From Acidobacteriota bacterium (GTDB lineage Bacteria; Acidobacteriota; UBA890; WLXD01), in contig CBDFKD010000002.1 in assembly GCA_965248695.1 (NCBI GenBank), positions 800,001 through 864,000 on the forward strand: a stretch of DNA of 64,000 bases, read 5' to 3'. Every line of letters starts with the position of its first letter. The first letter of the stretch is position 1. A model generated the notes under the pieces. That model saw only the letters and a list, made by a program, of their open reading frames with translations. It did not search any database and was not told where the DNA came from. Below, piece after piece: positions 1 to 8,243 of the stretch. A program made the position numbers and the translations under genes.

Positions 1-28
1 AACAGCTCATCGCGTTGCCAGGCCGGCT

Positions 29-571
29 TCAGTTGCCGATCGTGTCTGCGACGCTGAGAAGCTGCGAACGGAACACGAGGCCCGCCTCTTCGCCGGTTCG
101 CCGGTTGATCTGCAAGCGGACCTTGTTCTTCCTGACGTATAGGCGCACGATGCCGCCGTCGACGGCGAACCCATCGAACTCGGCTACGGTCAGCACGCCA
201 GCGTCGGGGATCGACCCGAGCACGCTGCTCAGCTCGTCCTGACGAGATCGTCCGATGAACAGGATGTTGGCGTCTTGCAGCGCCGATAGCTCGGCTGACT
301 GCTGCACGCGGATGGTCCGCCCTCCCGCCCGTTTGCCGTCGTACGGAGCGATAGCGTCGCCGAAATCCTTGTCGCTCAGCACGCCTACGATCAAGTTGCC
401 GTCGTTTGGTCCGAATCCCCCAGCCGGCCACTCGACGAATTTGGCAATGTTGTAGAGGAAGGCAGCCTTGATACGAAGCTCGCGCTCAGGCGTATCGTCC
501 GCGGTCACCGTCCCGGCGGTCACCAGCAGCGCCGCCGTCAGGAGCGTGACTCCTACGATTCGCTGTTTCAT
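29..571 (-). CDS. YfiR family (DUF4154) periplasmic protein
   Basis: Start at MKQRIVGV (ATG 571), signal peptide, 'IKAAFLYNIAKFVEWP' and C-terminal 'RLQINRRTGEEAGLVFRSQLL' are typical YfiR/HmsC motifs. A further ATG at 8-10 suggests the operon continues out of the window. Confidence 0.9.
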   Translation of the reverse strand: MKQRIVGVTLLTAALLVTAGTVTADDTPERELRIKAAFLYNIAKFVEWPAGGFGPNDGNLIVGVLSDKDFGDAIAPYDGKRAGGRTIRVQQSAELSALQDANILFIGRSRQDELSSVLGSIPDAGVLTVAEFDGFAVDGGIVRLYVRKNKVRLQINRRTGEEAGLVFRSQLLSVADTIGN

Positions 572-582
572 GGTGAGCCTCA

Positions 583-1659
583 CTAGAACGTCCAGCTCCA
601 GGCGGCCTTCAAGTTGAAGTCCGTCTCGAGCTGAGGACCGCGGAGGTTCTGATAGACGGGAAAGCCCAAGCGCACGCCGAGCCGGTTGCCGTCGAGCCTG
701 CCGGTGGTGGAGAACATGTGCAGGCCTAGGGCCACTTCGATGCGCTCGCCAGCGCGCAGCAGCGGGTTGGCGGTGGGCACCATGCGCGGGTTCAGCATTG
801 CATCGGCACCGTCGATGTTCCCCCAGAAGAAACCATCGATCTGCAGAGCCGGTCCGAGTGAGTCGAGCCAGCGCCAGGCAAATCGCGCACTGGTGTGCAG
901 CTCGTTGCCGAGGCGATAGCCGTTGTCGTTCTGACCGAGTCGAACGGTGCCTTTGGCCTCGGCCGCCCAAGCGAACCTATCGCTCTCACCTAGGTACGTG
1001 ATCCCGGGTCGTAGGTCGAACGTCCCGGATCCGAGTTGCATCGGATACGGCAGGCGCATGTTGGTGCCCGCTGGCGTATCGCCGCGGACATCGATCGACC
1101 CCGTCGGCACGCGAACGCCGCCGTGCACCAAGAGCCATTGCTTGTCCCGGTTGACGTCACCCATGGCTCGGTAAATGCCGCCGACTTCGATGTCGCCCAG
1201 GCCCTCAGCGCGCGTCGCGAAGCGCATGCCCATTCGGGTCACGTGGTTCATCGAAGTCACGCGGTACGGCACCATGACGAGGAGCGTAAGGTCGTTGGAG
1301 GGCGCGTACATCAGGTGGCCCATGTGCATTCCCATCTGCATGTCGGTCGGCGTCACCATGAAGCCTTGCAGCACCTCGGAGGGCGCCAGGCGGGCTCGCC
1401 CGGAGCGGTTGTCCTCCATGCGCATGGTCATGTAGCTGTAGCCGATCATCACCTCCCCAGCGAGATGGGTATGTGTGCCGAGAACGTTGACCTGCAAGAC
1501 ATCGAGGCTGAGCAGCTGGCTGAGCGTCAGGGCGCTGAATCCGCCCGCCGAAGTCTGCCCCTGATCGAGTCCTTCCTCCGGGTTCGGACTCTGAGCGGCG
1601 GCTTCCGCCGGCGCGAGCAGCAATGCAGCCAGCATTGCAACTGCGAGTACGTTGCGCAT
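583..1659 (-). CDS. Outer-membrane beta-barrel 'transporter' (MetA-pathway-like), Met/His-rich
   Basis: Signal peptide MRNVLAVAML, 'GTHTHLAGEVMIGYSYMTMRM', 'PYPMQLGSGTFD', alternating beta strands, C-terminal Phe (WSWTF). Confidence 0.75.
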   Translation of the reverse strand: MRNVLAVAMLAALLLAPAEAAAQSPNPEEGLDQGQTSAGGFSALTLSQLLSLDVLQVNVLGTHTHLAGEVMIGYSYMTMRMEDNRSGRARLAPSEVLQGFMVTPTDMQMGMHMGHLMYAPSNDLTLLVMVPYRVTSMNHVTRMGMRFATRAEGLGDIEVGGIYRAMGDVNRDKQWLLVHGGVRVPTGSIDVRGDTPAGTNMRLPYPMQLGSGTFDLRPGITYLGESDRFAWAAEAKGTVRLGQNDNGYRLGNELHTSARFAWRWLDSLGPALQIDGFFWGNIDGADAMLNPRMVPTANPLLRAGERIEVALGLHMFSTTGRLDGNRLGVRLGFPVYQNLRGPQLETDFNLKAAWSWTF

Positions 1660-1744
1660 TGTGGGCTCTCTCCTACCGTTACGCTGCCGTCGCACCGAGA
1701 GTGCGCGTGCGGCGTTGTGCGCGGAACTTTCGGTTGAGATCAAT

Positions 1745-1860
1745 GGTAGGAGATCTTAAAAGTCACTGAAAAGCAGAAAAACACTGTAAACAATATTATT
1801 CGCTATAAATAAATAGTAAATATACTGAAATGTCCCTAAATGATTGATCATGGACACGTA
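1745..1860. promoter_or_regulatory. AT-rich promoter region of the barrel-YfiR operon
   Basis: About 110 bp strongly AT-rich stretch in a GC-rich background, upstream of the gene starting at 1659. Confidence 0.5.
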
Positions 1861-1980
1861 TGACCATCGAATCCGTCACGCTACTCCTCGTCCGAGGGTG
1901 GTCAGCGGGCACCACCTCCGCCCTGATCGGCGTGCCGGCCTGCCGTGAGGCAGCCGCGGAGGTTCACCGCCAGCGTTTGA

Positions 1981-2472
1981 TCACGGCCGCCTTCGAGATT
2001 CTCTCGGCGCTTGCGCGCCCAGCGTCGGCAGGAGCAGCAAGGTGATTACGATGAGGTTGGTGAGCGTGCCGAACGGAACGCACCAGAGGCCCAGACCGGC
2101 CATTGCCAGGACAAGCCACCTCGCCGCTGCGACGCCGAGGAGCAAGGCCGCCATCGACCCCATGTATGCAAGGCCGTAGATGATGAAGATGCTCTTCATC
2201 AGCGTCGAGCGCGGCGGAATGCCGACCGCATCGACGATCCCTGCCCAGGGACCGAGCGATCCTGCGAACTGACCCGTTGCCGGTGTGACGTAATCGCCGA
2301 AGATCAGCGCTCTGGCACCTTCGAACGCCATCCAACCTCCGCTCAGAACGACGAGGCCGGCGGCAATCCACGCGCTCCAGTGCAGACGGTTGTCGAACCG
2401 CGCGATTCCGAGGCGGTGCATCGCGGCCGTGACCAGCACCAGGGCTCCGACGATGACCCAGTACCACAGCAC
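1981..2472 (-). CDS. Hypothetical membrane protein
   Basis: 163-aa ORF with 4-5 hydrophobic helices, co-oriented with neighbours. Confidence 0.7.
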   Translation of the reverse strand: MLWYWVIVGALVLVTAAMHRLGIARFDNRLHWSAWIAAGLVVLSGGWMAFEGARALIFGDYVTPATGQFAGSLGPWAGIVDAVGIPPRSTLMKSIFIIYGLAYMGSMAALLLGVAAARWLVLAMAGLGLWCVPFGTLTNLIVITLLLLPTLGAQAPRESRRRP

Positions 2473-2475
2473 CGC

Positions 2476-2946
2476 TCAGCCGTCTGCCTTCTCACGGTTC
2501 TGGAGGCGTTCCTGCATGCCCATGAGGCGATAGCTTGTCCGTAGCCACGCTTGCAACTCCTCATCGAGCTGGTCGACCTCGGTGATGCGCAGATGGTGGG
2601 CCCACCAACCAGGAACGGCCTCCTCGACCTTGGTGAAGCGCGGCGAATCCAGCGGTCGCGGCAGACTGAAATTGCACGTCATGCCGCGCTCCGAGAGGCT
2701 GGTGATGCCGGCAAAACGCACCCGGCCCATGAATGCGATGCGGGTCTTGGCCGGTGCGACGTCATACGCACCGCACGCTGAGATCATCTGCTCGAAGCGT
2801 CGATAAAGCTTGCGCGCCTCGGGTCCCATACGCGCCTTCCAACCGGCCAGCGTGGCTTGCCCACAGGAGTGCCACTGATTCCTGGTGACGAACTTTGCGC
2901 CGCATTCGGGACACGTCCACAGGGGTCGGTGGCGGTTGGCGATCAT
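2476..2946 (-). CDS. DUF5655-like protein with N-terminal Zn-knuckle
   Basis: WTCPECG...HSC, 'KTRIAF..RVRFAG', 'LDEELQAWLRTSY'. Confidence 0.7.
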   Translation of the reverse strand: MIANRHRPLWTCPECGAKFVTRNQWHSCGQATLAGWKARMGPEARKLYRRFEQMISACGAYDVAPAKTRIAFMGRVRFAGITSLSERGMTCNFSLPRPLDSPRFTKVEEAVPGWWAHHLRITEVDQLDEELQAWLRTSYRLMGMQERLQNREKADG

Positions 2947-3002
2947 CGATCACCGCTTGCGATCGGGCTACGAGATAGCGAGTCCATCCGGACAAGCCTA
3001 GC

Positions 3003-3095
3003 TCAGTCTCGCAGCGCTCTCACCGGGTCGATCCGCACCGCCCGTCGCGTCGGAACCAGCGACGCCAGGAACGACATGGCCAGCAGCAGGGGGGC
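3003..3095 (-). pseudogene. C-terminal remnant of an ABC/ADOP (MacB/FtsX-type) permease
   Basis: Minus-strand translation LLLAMSFLASLVPTRRAVRIDPVRALRD* matches the characteristic P-x-RRA-x-R-x-DP-xx-ALR end; rest of the gene is absent. Confidence 0.7.
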
Positions 3096-3128
3096 CTCGT
3101 GGCAAGCGTTTGAGGCGTGTCTCGGGCG

Positions 3129-4514
3129 CTACGCCAACGGTTTCAGGTTCTGGAGCACCGTCGGGAGCAGCTCTGCCACGGTTGGATGAATATGGACCGC
3201 CCGCGAGACAACCGTGTAGGGGGACTTGGCGTACATCACCGCCAGCAGCGTATGGACGACCTCGTCGCCGCCGATTCCGAGGATCGCGGCGCCGAGGATT
3301 TCTTCGCTGTCCGCGTCGACCAGGATCTTGATGAACCCATCCGTCTCGCTGCGTTCCCGCGCACGCCCGACGTCCTTCATCAGTCGTTTGCCCACCAGCA
3401 CGCGACGTCCGGATGCGCGCGCCTCGACCTCGGTCATTCCGATGCGTCCCAGGGGCGGATCGATGAAGAGCCCGTAACAGAGAATTCGGTCGCTGATACG
3501 CCGTGTGTCACCGTCGAACAGGTTGGCGGCGACGATCTCGAAGTCGTTGTAGGACGTGTGGGTGAACGCTCCATGGCCATTGCAGTCACCGAGGGCCCAG
3601 ATGCCGGGTGCGTTGGTGCGCAGCTCATCATCCACGGTGATGAACCCACGCCCGTCGACCTCGACACCGGCGGCGTCCAGACCCAGGTCGCCGGTGTTGG
3701 GTACGCGTCCGATCGCCAGCAGCAGATGCGAGCCGATCACTTCAGGGGCCCCCTCATCGCAGGAGACACGTACCGCAACGCAGTCTCCGTGTTTCTCGAA
3801 GCTGATGCACTCGGCGCTCAGACGCACATCGACGCCTTCGCTCTCGAGGATCTCCCGCACTGCGTCGGATACGTCCTCGTCATCACGCTTGATGAGCCTG
3901 TTGCCGCGCTCGACGAGCGTCACTCGGCTGCCGAAACGTCGGAACATCTGCCCGAACTCGAGGCCGATGTAGCTGCCTCCGATGATGATGAGATGCTCCG
4001 GTAGGTGGTCCAACTCCATGATGCTGGAGTTGTTCAGGTAGTCGATCTCGTCGAGCCCGGGCATTTGCGGCGCCAGCGCGCGGGCGCCGACATTGAGGAA
4101 GATTCGTTCGGCGCGCAGTTGCTGGCCGTCGACGCTGACCGTGTCGGAGGCCAGGAAGCTCGCGTGTCCACGATACAGGGTCACGTTGTCCATGCCCTCG
4201 ATCCAGCGTGTCAGGTTCTCGTTGGATTGCCCCGAGATCGACTTCATGCGCTCGTGGACGCGTTTCATGTCGACCTGGAAGTTCTGGTCAACCATGACGC
4301 CGAACTCCGGGCCGCGACGCGCCATGTGGGCGGCCCGCGCGCTCGCGACCAGGGCCTTGGTCGGCACGCAGCCGACGTTCACGCAGGTGCCGCCGATCCT
4401 GTCGCGCTCGACCACGGCAACCCGGTGACCTTCTTGACTCAGCCGATTGGCGAGCGACGGGCCGGCCTGGCCCGTGCCGATGACGATGCTGTCGTACTCG
4501 AGCGCCATCTTCAT
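3129..4514 (-). CDS. FAD-dependent pyridine nucleotide-disulfide oxidoreductase (MerA/RclA/Lpd-like)
   Basis: GTGQAG, redox motif GGTCVNVGCVPTK, GGSYIG, C-terminal HPTVAE; no C-terminal Cys pair. Confidence 0.9.
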   Translation of the reverse strand: MKMALEYDSIVIGTGQAGPSLANRLSQEGHRVAVVERDRIGGTCVNVGCVPTKALVASARAAHMARRGPEFGVMVDQNFQVDMKRVHERMKSISGQSNENLTRWIEGMDNVTLYRGHASFLASDTVSVDGQQLRAERIFLNVGARALAPQMPGLDEIDYLNNSSIMELDHLPEHLIIIGGSYIGLEFGQMFRRFGSRVTLVERGNRLIKRDDEDVSDAVREILESEGVDVRLSAECISFEKHGDCVAVRVSCDEGAPEVIGSHLLLAIGRVPNTGDLGLDAAGVEVDGRGFITVDDELRTNAPGIWALGDCNGHGAFTHTSYNDFEIVAANLFDGDTRRISDRILCYGLFIDPPLGRIGMTEVEARASGRRVLVGKRLMKDVGRARERSETDGFIKILVDADSEEILGAAILGIGGDEVVHTLLAVMYAKSPYTVVSRAVHIHPTVAELLPTVLQNLKPLA

Positions 4515-4580
4515 GGCTCCGGTGAGCGCGCCGAGGTCGGTTTGCCGAGCGCTATAGCCGGCAATCCTCGGGGCGGAGGG

Positions 4581-6215
4581 TCATATCCGGCAGACGAGCT
4601 CGCCGAGCCTCTCGGTGAGCTTCATGTTCTCGGAGTAGTCCACCGGACAGTCGATGATCGACACCGTGGTTGATGCGATCGCCGCCTCGAGCGTCGGTCG
4701 CAGGTCGGCGACCTGCTCAACCCGGTAGCCGGTGGCCCCGAAGCTCTCGGCGTACTTGACGAAATCCGGGTTGGTGAACCCGATGTGGCTCGGCCGCCCG
4801 AAGTGTCGCATCTGGTGCCAGCGGATCAATCCGTATTCGGAATCGTTCCAGATCAACACGACGATGGGCACTCCGAGTCGAACGGCCGTCTCGATCTCCT
4901 GGGAGTTCATCAGGAAGCCAGCGTCGCCGGTGACCGCCACGGCGGCGCGATCCGGATGCGCCAGCTTGGCGGCGATGGCGCCCGGGACGGCGATGCCCAT
5001 CGAGGCGAAGCCGTTGGAGATGATGCAGGTGTTCGGGCGCTCGGCCTGGTACATGCGCGCCATCCACATCTTGTGAGCTCCTACATCACTGATCACGATG
5101 TCTTCGGCCGCTAGCGCCTGACGTAGGTCCCAGATGATCTTCTGTGGCTTCACCGGGAAGGCGGAGCTGTCCTGATGTTCTTCCATCTCCGCCACGATGG
5201 TCTGTCGCAGAGTGGAGTCGGCAGCCGAATCGGTCGGTGAAGTGACCTCCCCGATGGCGTCCAGTGACGCGCCGATATCTCCCAAGATGCCGGCCTCGAC
5301 GATGTAGTGCTCATCGACCTCTGCCGGCTCGGAGTCGATGTGGACGATCTGCTTGTCGCCCCCCGAGTTCCACAGGTAGGGATGATACTCAACGATGTCG
5401 TAGCCAACGCAGATCACTACATCGGCTCGATCGATGCCGCAGGAGATCAGGTCGCGTGCCTGCAGCCCGACGCTGCCGAGTGACAGCTCGTGCGAGAAGG
5501 GAATCGATCCCTTGGCCATGAACGTGGTTGCCACCGGGATGCGCAGGCGCTCGGCGAAACTCACAAGGGCTTCAGACGCGCCGGCCCGCACGACGCCGTT
5601 GCCGGCCAGGATGATCGGTGCCTGGGCGTTCGAGATCAGACGTCCCGCCTGCTCGACCTTTGCCGGTGGGGGAGCGGGTGGCGTGGCCTGTTGAACCTTG
5701 AGCGGCGACTTGGCATCGAGCTCCGCGCCGGCCACGTTCTCGGGCAGGGCGAGGAAGCTGGCACCTGGTTTTTCGGCCTCGGCGACCTTGAACGCTTTAC
5801 GCACGACCTCGGGGATGATCTCGGGGGCGCGGATCTCTGTGCTGTATTTCGAGATCGGCTCGAAGAGGTTCACCAGATCGAGGATCTGATGGCTCTCCTT
5901 GTGCATTCGCGTGGTAGCCCCCTGCCCGGCAATGGCGACCAGCGGAGCGCGGTCCATGTTGGCGTCGGCAACGCCGGTGACCAGGTTGGTCGCGCCGGGT
6001 CCGAGGGTTGCCAGACACACTCCCGCTCGGCCTGTGAGGCGGCCGTATACGTCCGCCATGAAAGCCGCACCCTGCTCATGGCGCGTGACCACGAACTGGA
6101 TGGAACTGTCGAGCAGCGCGTCCATGACGTCGATGTTTTCTTCGCCCGGGATGCCGAAGAGGTACTCGACCCCCTCGTTCTCCAGACACTGCACGAACAG
6201 TTCCGCAGCTTTCAT
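4581..6215 (-). CDS. Acetolactate synthase large subunit (TPP enzyme)
   Basis: FGIPGEEN, TRHEQGAAFMA, GPGATN, TPP motif GDAGF...ND. Confidence 0.9.
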   Translation of the reverse strand: MKAAELFVQCLENEGVEYLFGIPGEENIDVMDALLDSSIQFVVTRHEQGAAFMADVYGRLTGRAGVCLATLGPGATNLVTGVADANMDRAPLVAIAGQGATTRMHKESHQILDLVNLFEPISKYSTEIRAPEIIPEVVRKAFKVAEAEKPGASFLALPENVAGAELDAKSPLKVQQATPPAPPPAKVEQAGRLISNAQAPIILAGNGVVRAGASEALVSFAERLRIPVATTFMAKGSIPFSHELSLGSVGLQARDLISCGIDRADVVICVGYDIVEYHPYLWNSGGDKQIVHIDSEPAEVDEHYIVEAGILGDIGASLDAIGEVTSPTDSAADSTLRQTIVAEMEEHQDSSAFPVKPQKIIWDLRQALAAEDIVISDVGAHKMWMARMYQAERPNTCIISNGFASMGIAVPGAIAAKLAHPDRAAVAVTGDAGFLMNSQEIETAVRLGVPIVVLIWNDSEYGLIRWHQMRHFGRPSHIGFTNPDFVKYAESFGATGYRVEQVADLRPTLEAAIASTTVSIIDCPVDYSENMKLTERLGELVCRI

Positions 6216-6436
6216 TGCTGGCTCCCCTGAGGCCGTCTTCTAGGGTTGGGGGGAGATCCAGCATAGTCGACGCGTCGCAGCGATTGCCGTCAGTGCCTCC
6301 CGATCGGCGTTTCGCTACGCTCATCGAGTGCACCTCCCTAGGTCATAACCCGACGGCACCTCAGGCCGCGCAATGGGCATCGTTACCAAGTCACGTCGGT
6401 ACCGCAAGGCAGCCGAAGGATCGGCGCGCGACGCCA

Positions 6437-7666
6437 CTAGACCTGGAGCGTGATCTCGCTGAATCCGTCGATCAGCGGGTTGGGTTTCCGGATCCGATTG
6501 TCAACGAGCTTCTGCACGAACCCGAATCTCGTCACCGCACCCACGGCGGCCATCATCACGTCCAACCATCGTGCGCGACTGAGCAGGAAGAGCGGGACCT
6601 TCCGTTGCATGGCTTGTGTCTTCGTCACTTCCCGTAGGCGTGCAGATTGAAACTGCTTGGCGACGATATCGAGCGCGCTAGGGTCGACACCCTGGAGTAG
6701 CGGCGGGACGAAGTGGTTGGCCACTACTACGGCATCGCGCAAGGCGACGTTGATTCCCTGGGCGCCGACCGGAGACATGGGGTGGGCGGCGTCGCCGAGC
6801 ATCAGCATTCCGGGAGCCGACCAGTGCTCGTAGCAATCGCACACGACGTCGAGAAGAAACGGCTGCGTCGCATTGGTCGCATGGGCGCGCAGATGCTCCG
6901 CCATGTCCGTCGCCACATGGCGGGCGATCTCTTCGATCCATCCCTCTACACCCATTTCGCGAAACGCCCTGTAGCTACCCTTCTTGATCACCCAGCCGAG
7001 CTGCAAGAGACCATCATATGAGGGGATGCAAAGGCCGAAATGGCCGCTACCGAAGTAACCCCGTACGGTAGGCACCTGCCCGTCGCAGAAAGCCGGCATC
7101 GGTAGCTTGCACCACACGACGTCGAACGCCTCCGGCCGACGCGGCTGGTCCAGCCCGGACGCCTGTCGCATGGTGGAGAAGCGGCCGTCGCAAGCAAAGA
7201 TGTAGTCGGCTTCGATACGCTCCGGCCCATCCAAGCCACGTAGTTCGACGCCAACAACCCGGTCGCCGTCGTGTATTGGCCCGGCGACGCTCACGCCGCG
7301 GCGAAACGTGAACTCTGGATGAGCGGCGGCCTGCTCGATGAGCATCTCCAGCATTGCCGGCTGCGAGACGAATCGCGGCGGCAGTCGATCTTCCCAGTTG
7401 AGCCGGAGGCTGAGGAAACGGTGCCCCTTGAAGTGCACCTGTGCCCCGCCTAGCACCGTATGCGGCAGCGACAAGAACTCCTCCCAGAGGCCAGCCTCGT
7501 CGAACATCTTTTGTCCACCCGGTGCCAGTCCTTCGCCGCGGAACTCACGCGCGAAATCCGAGTGGCGTTCCACCAGAGTTACGGGAATACCTCGGCTGGC
7601 GAGGAGATAGGCCAGGAGGGCGCCTGCCGGACCGCCACCGACCACGACTGCGCTGTGTGCGGTCAC
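6437..7666 (-). CDS. FAD-dependent monooxygenase/oxidoreductase (UbiH-like)
   Basis: GGGPAG, CDGRFS, GDAAHPMSPVGAQGIN. Confidence 0.9.
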   Translation of the reverse strand: MTAHSAVVVGGGPAGALLAYLLASRGIPVTLVERHSDFAREFRGEGLAPGGQKMFDEAGLWEEFLSLPHTVLGGAQVHFKGHRFLSLRLNWEDRLPPRFVSQPAMLEMLIEQAAAHPEFTFRRGVSVAGPIHDGDRVVGVELRGLDGPERIEADYIFACDGRFSTMRQASGLDQPRRPEAFDVVWCKLPMPAFCDGQVPTVRGYFGSGHFGLCIPSYDGLLQLGWVIKKGSYRAFREMGVEGWIEEIARHVATDMAEHLRAHATNATQPFLLDVVCDCYEHWSAPGMLMLGDAAHPMSPVGAQGINVALRDAVVVANHFVPPLLQGVDPSALDIVAKQFQSARLREVTKTQAMQRKVPLFLLSRARWLDVMMAAVGAVTRFGFVQKLVDNRIRKPNPLIDGFSEITLQV

Positions 7667-7694
7667 CGGGCCCCTGGCGGGAGATTCCGCACCA

Positions 7695-8207
7695 CTACTC
7701 GCCTCGGAAATCGGGATTCGGCATGCTCTTGAAAATCATCTCGCGTGCTGTGAGGCGCAGTTCTTCCGGTGTCGGTCGTCCGACGAAGTACCAGCCGTTG
7801 AAGATCCGGTGGATGGTCAGATCGGGGAGCAGTGCGAAGGTGAAGGGGACGGGCAAGGGACCGTGATAGGTATCGGTTGTCTCACGAATCCCCAGGGCCT
7901 CAGTGAGTTGCAATTCTTGATCGCTCAGGAAGCTGAACTCCGCGCCGAGATCGGCTCTTAGCGCTGCTTGCGTCTCCGGGGGGTCGACCGAAACAGCGGC
8001 GATCCGGCAGTAGGCGACCTCAGCGGCACGTTGGAACTGGACCAGTTCCGACAGCTGTAGCTGTCACTTCGGTCACCAGGGGCCACGATAAAACGCCACG
8101 AACAACGGCAGCCGGCCCGCGAGGTCGGCGATCGAGACTATGTTGCCGGTGTGGTCCGAAAGGTTGTGGTCCGGGAACTTCTGGCCGACGTCGTACTGCA
8201 GAGGCAT
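7695..8207 (-). CDS. AhpC/TSA-type redoxin, putative selenoprotein with UxxU motif (UGA at codons 45 and 48)
   Basis: Continuous frame from ATG 8207 (GGAG RBS) to TAG 7695: MPLQYDVGQKFPDHNLSDHTG...VAFYRGPW*PK*QLQLSEL...AAVSVDPP...FSFLSD...GRPTPEELR. The only internal stops are TGA at 8073-8075 and 8064-8066. Confidence 0.8.
8033..8049 (-). promoter_or_regulatory. Putative bacterial SECIS hairpin
   Basis: mRNA GGAACUG-GUC-CAGUUCC perfect stem with GGUC at the apex, about 20 nt and 29 nt downstream of the two in-frame UGAs. Confidence 0.65.
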
Positions 8208-8243
8208 GGAGGATTCTCCCGCGAGCGTGCTGCGATGCCGATT

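Noticed and set aside
3129-4514. Mercuric reductase merA
   Set aside because: No C-terminal Cys-Cys, no NmerA domain and no mer genes nearby.
8064-8075. Genome-wide UGA reassignment (code 4/25) as the explanation for the in-frame TGAs
   Set aside because: TGA terminates many intact genes in this window.
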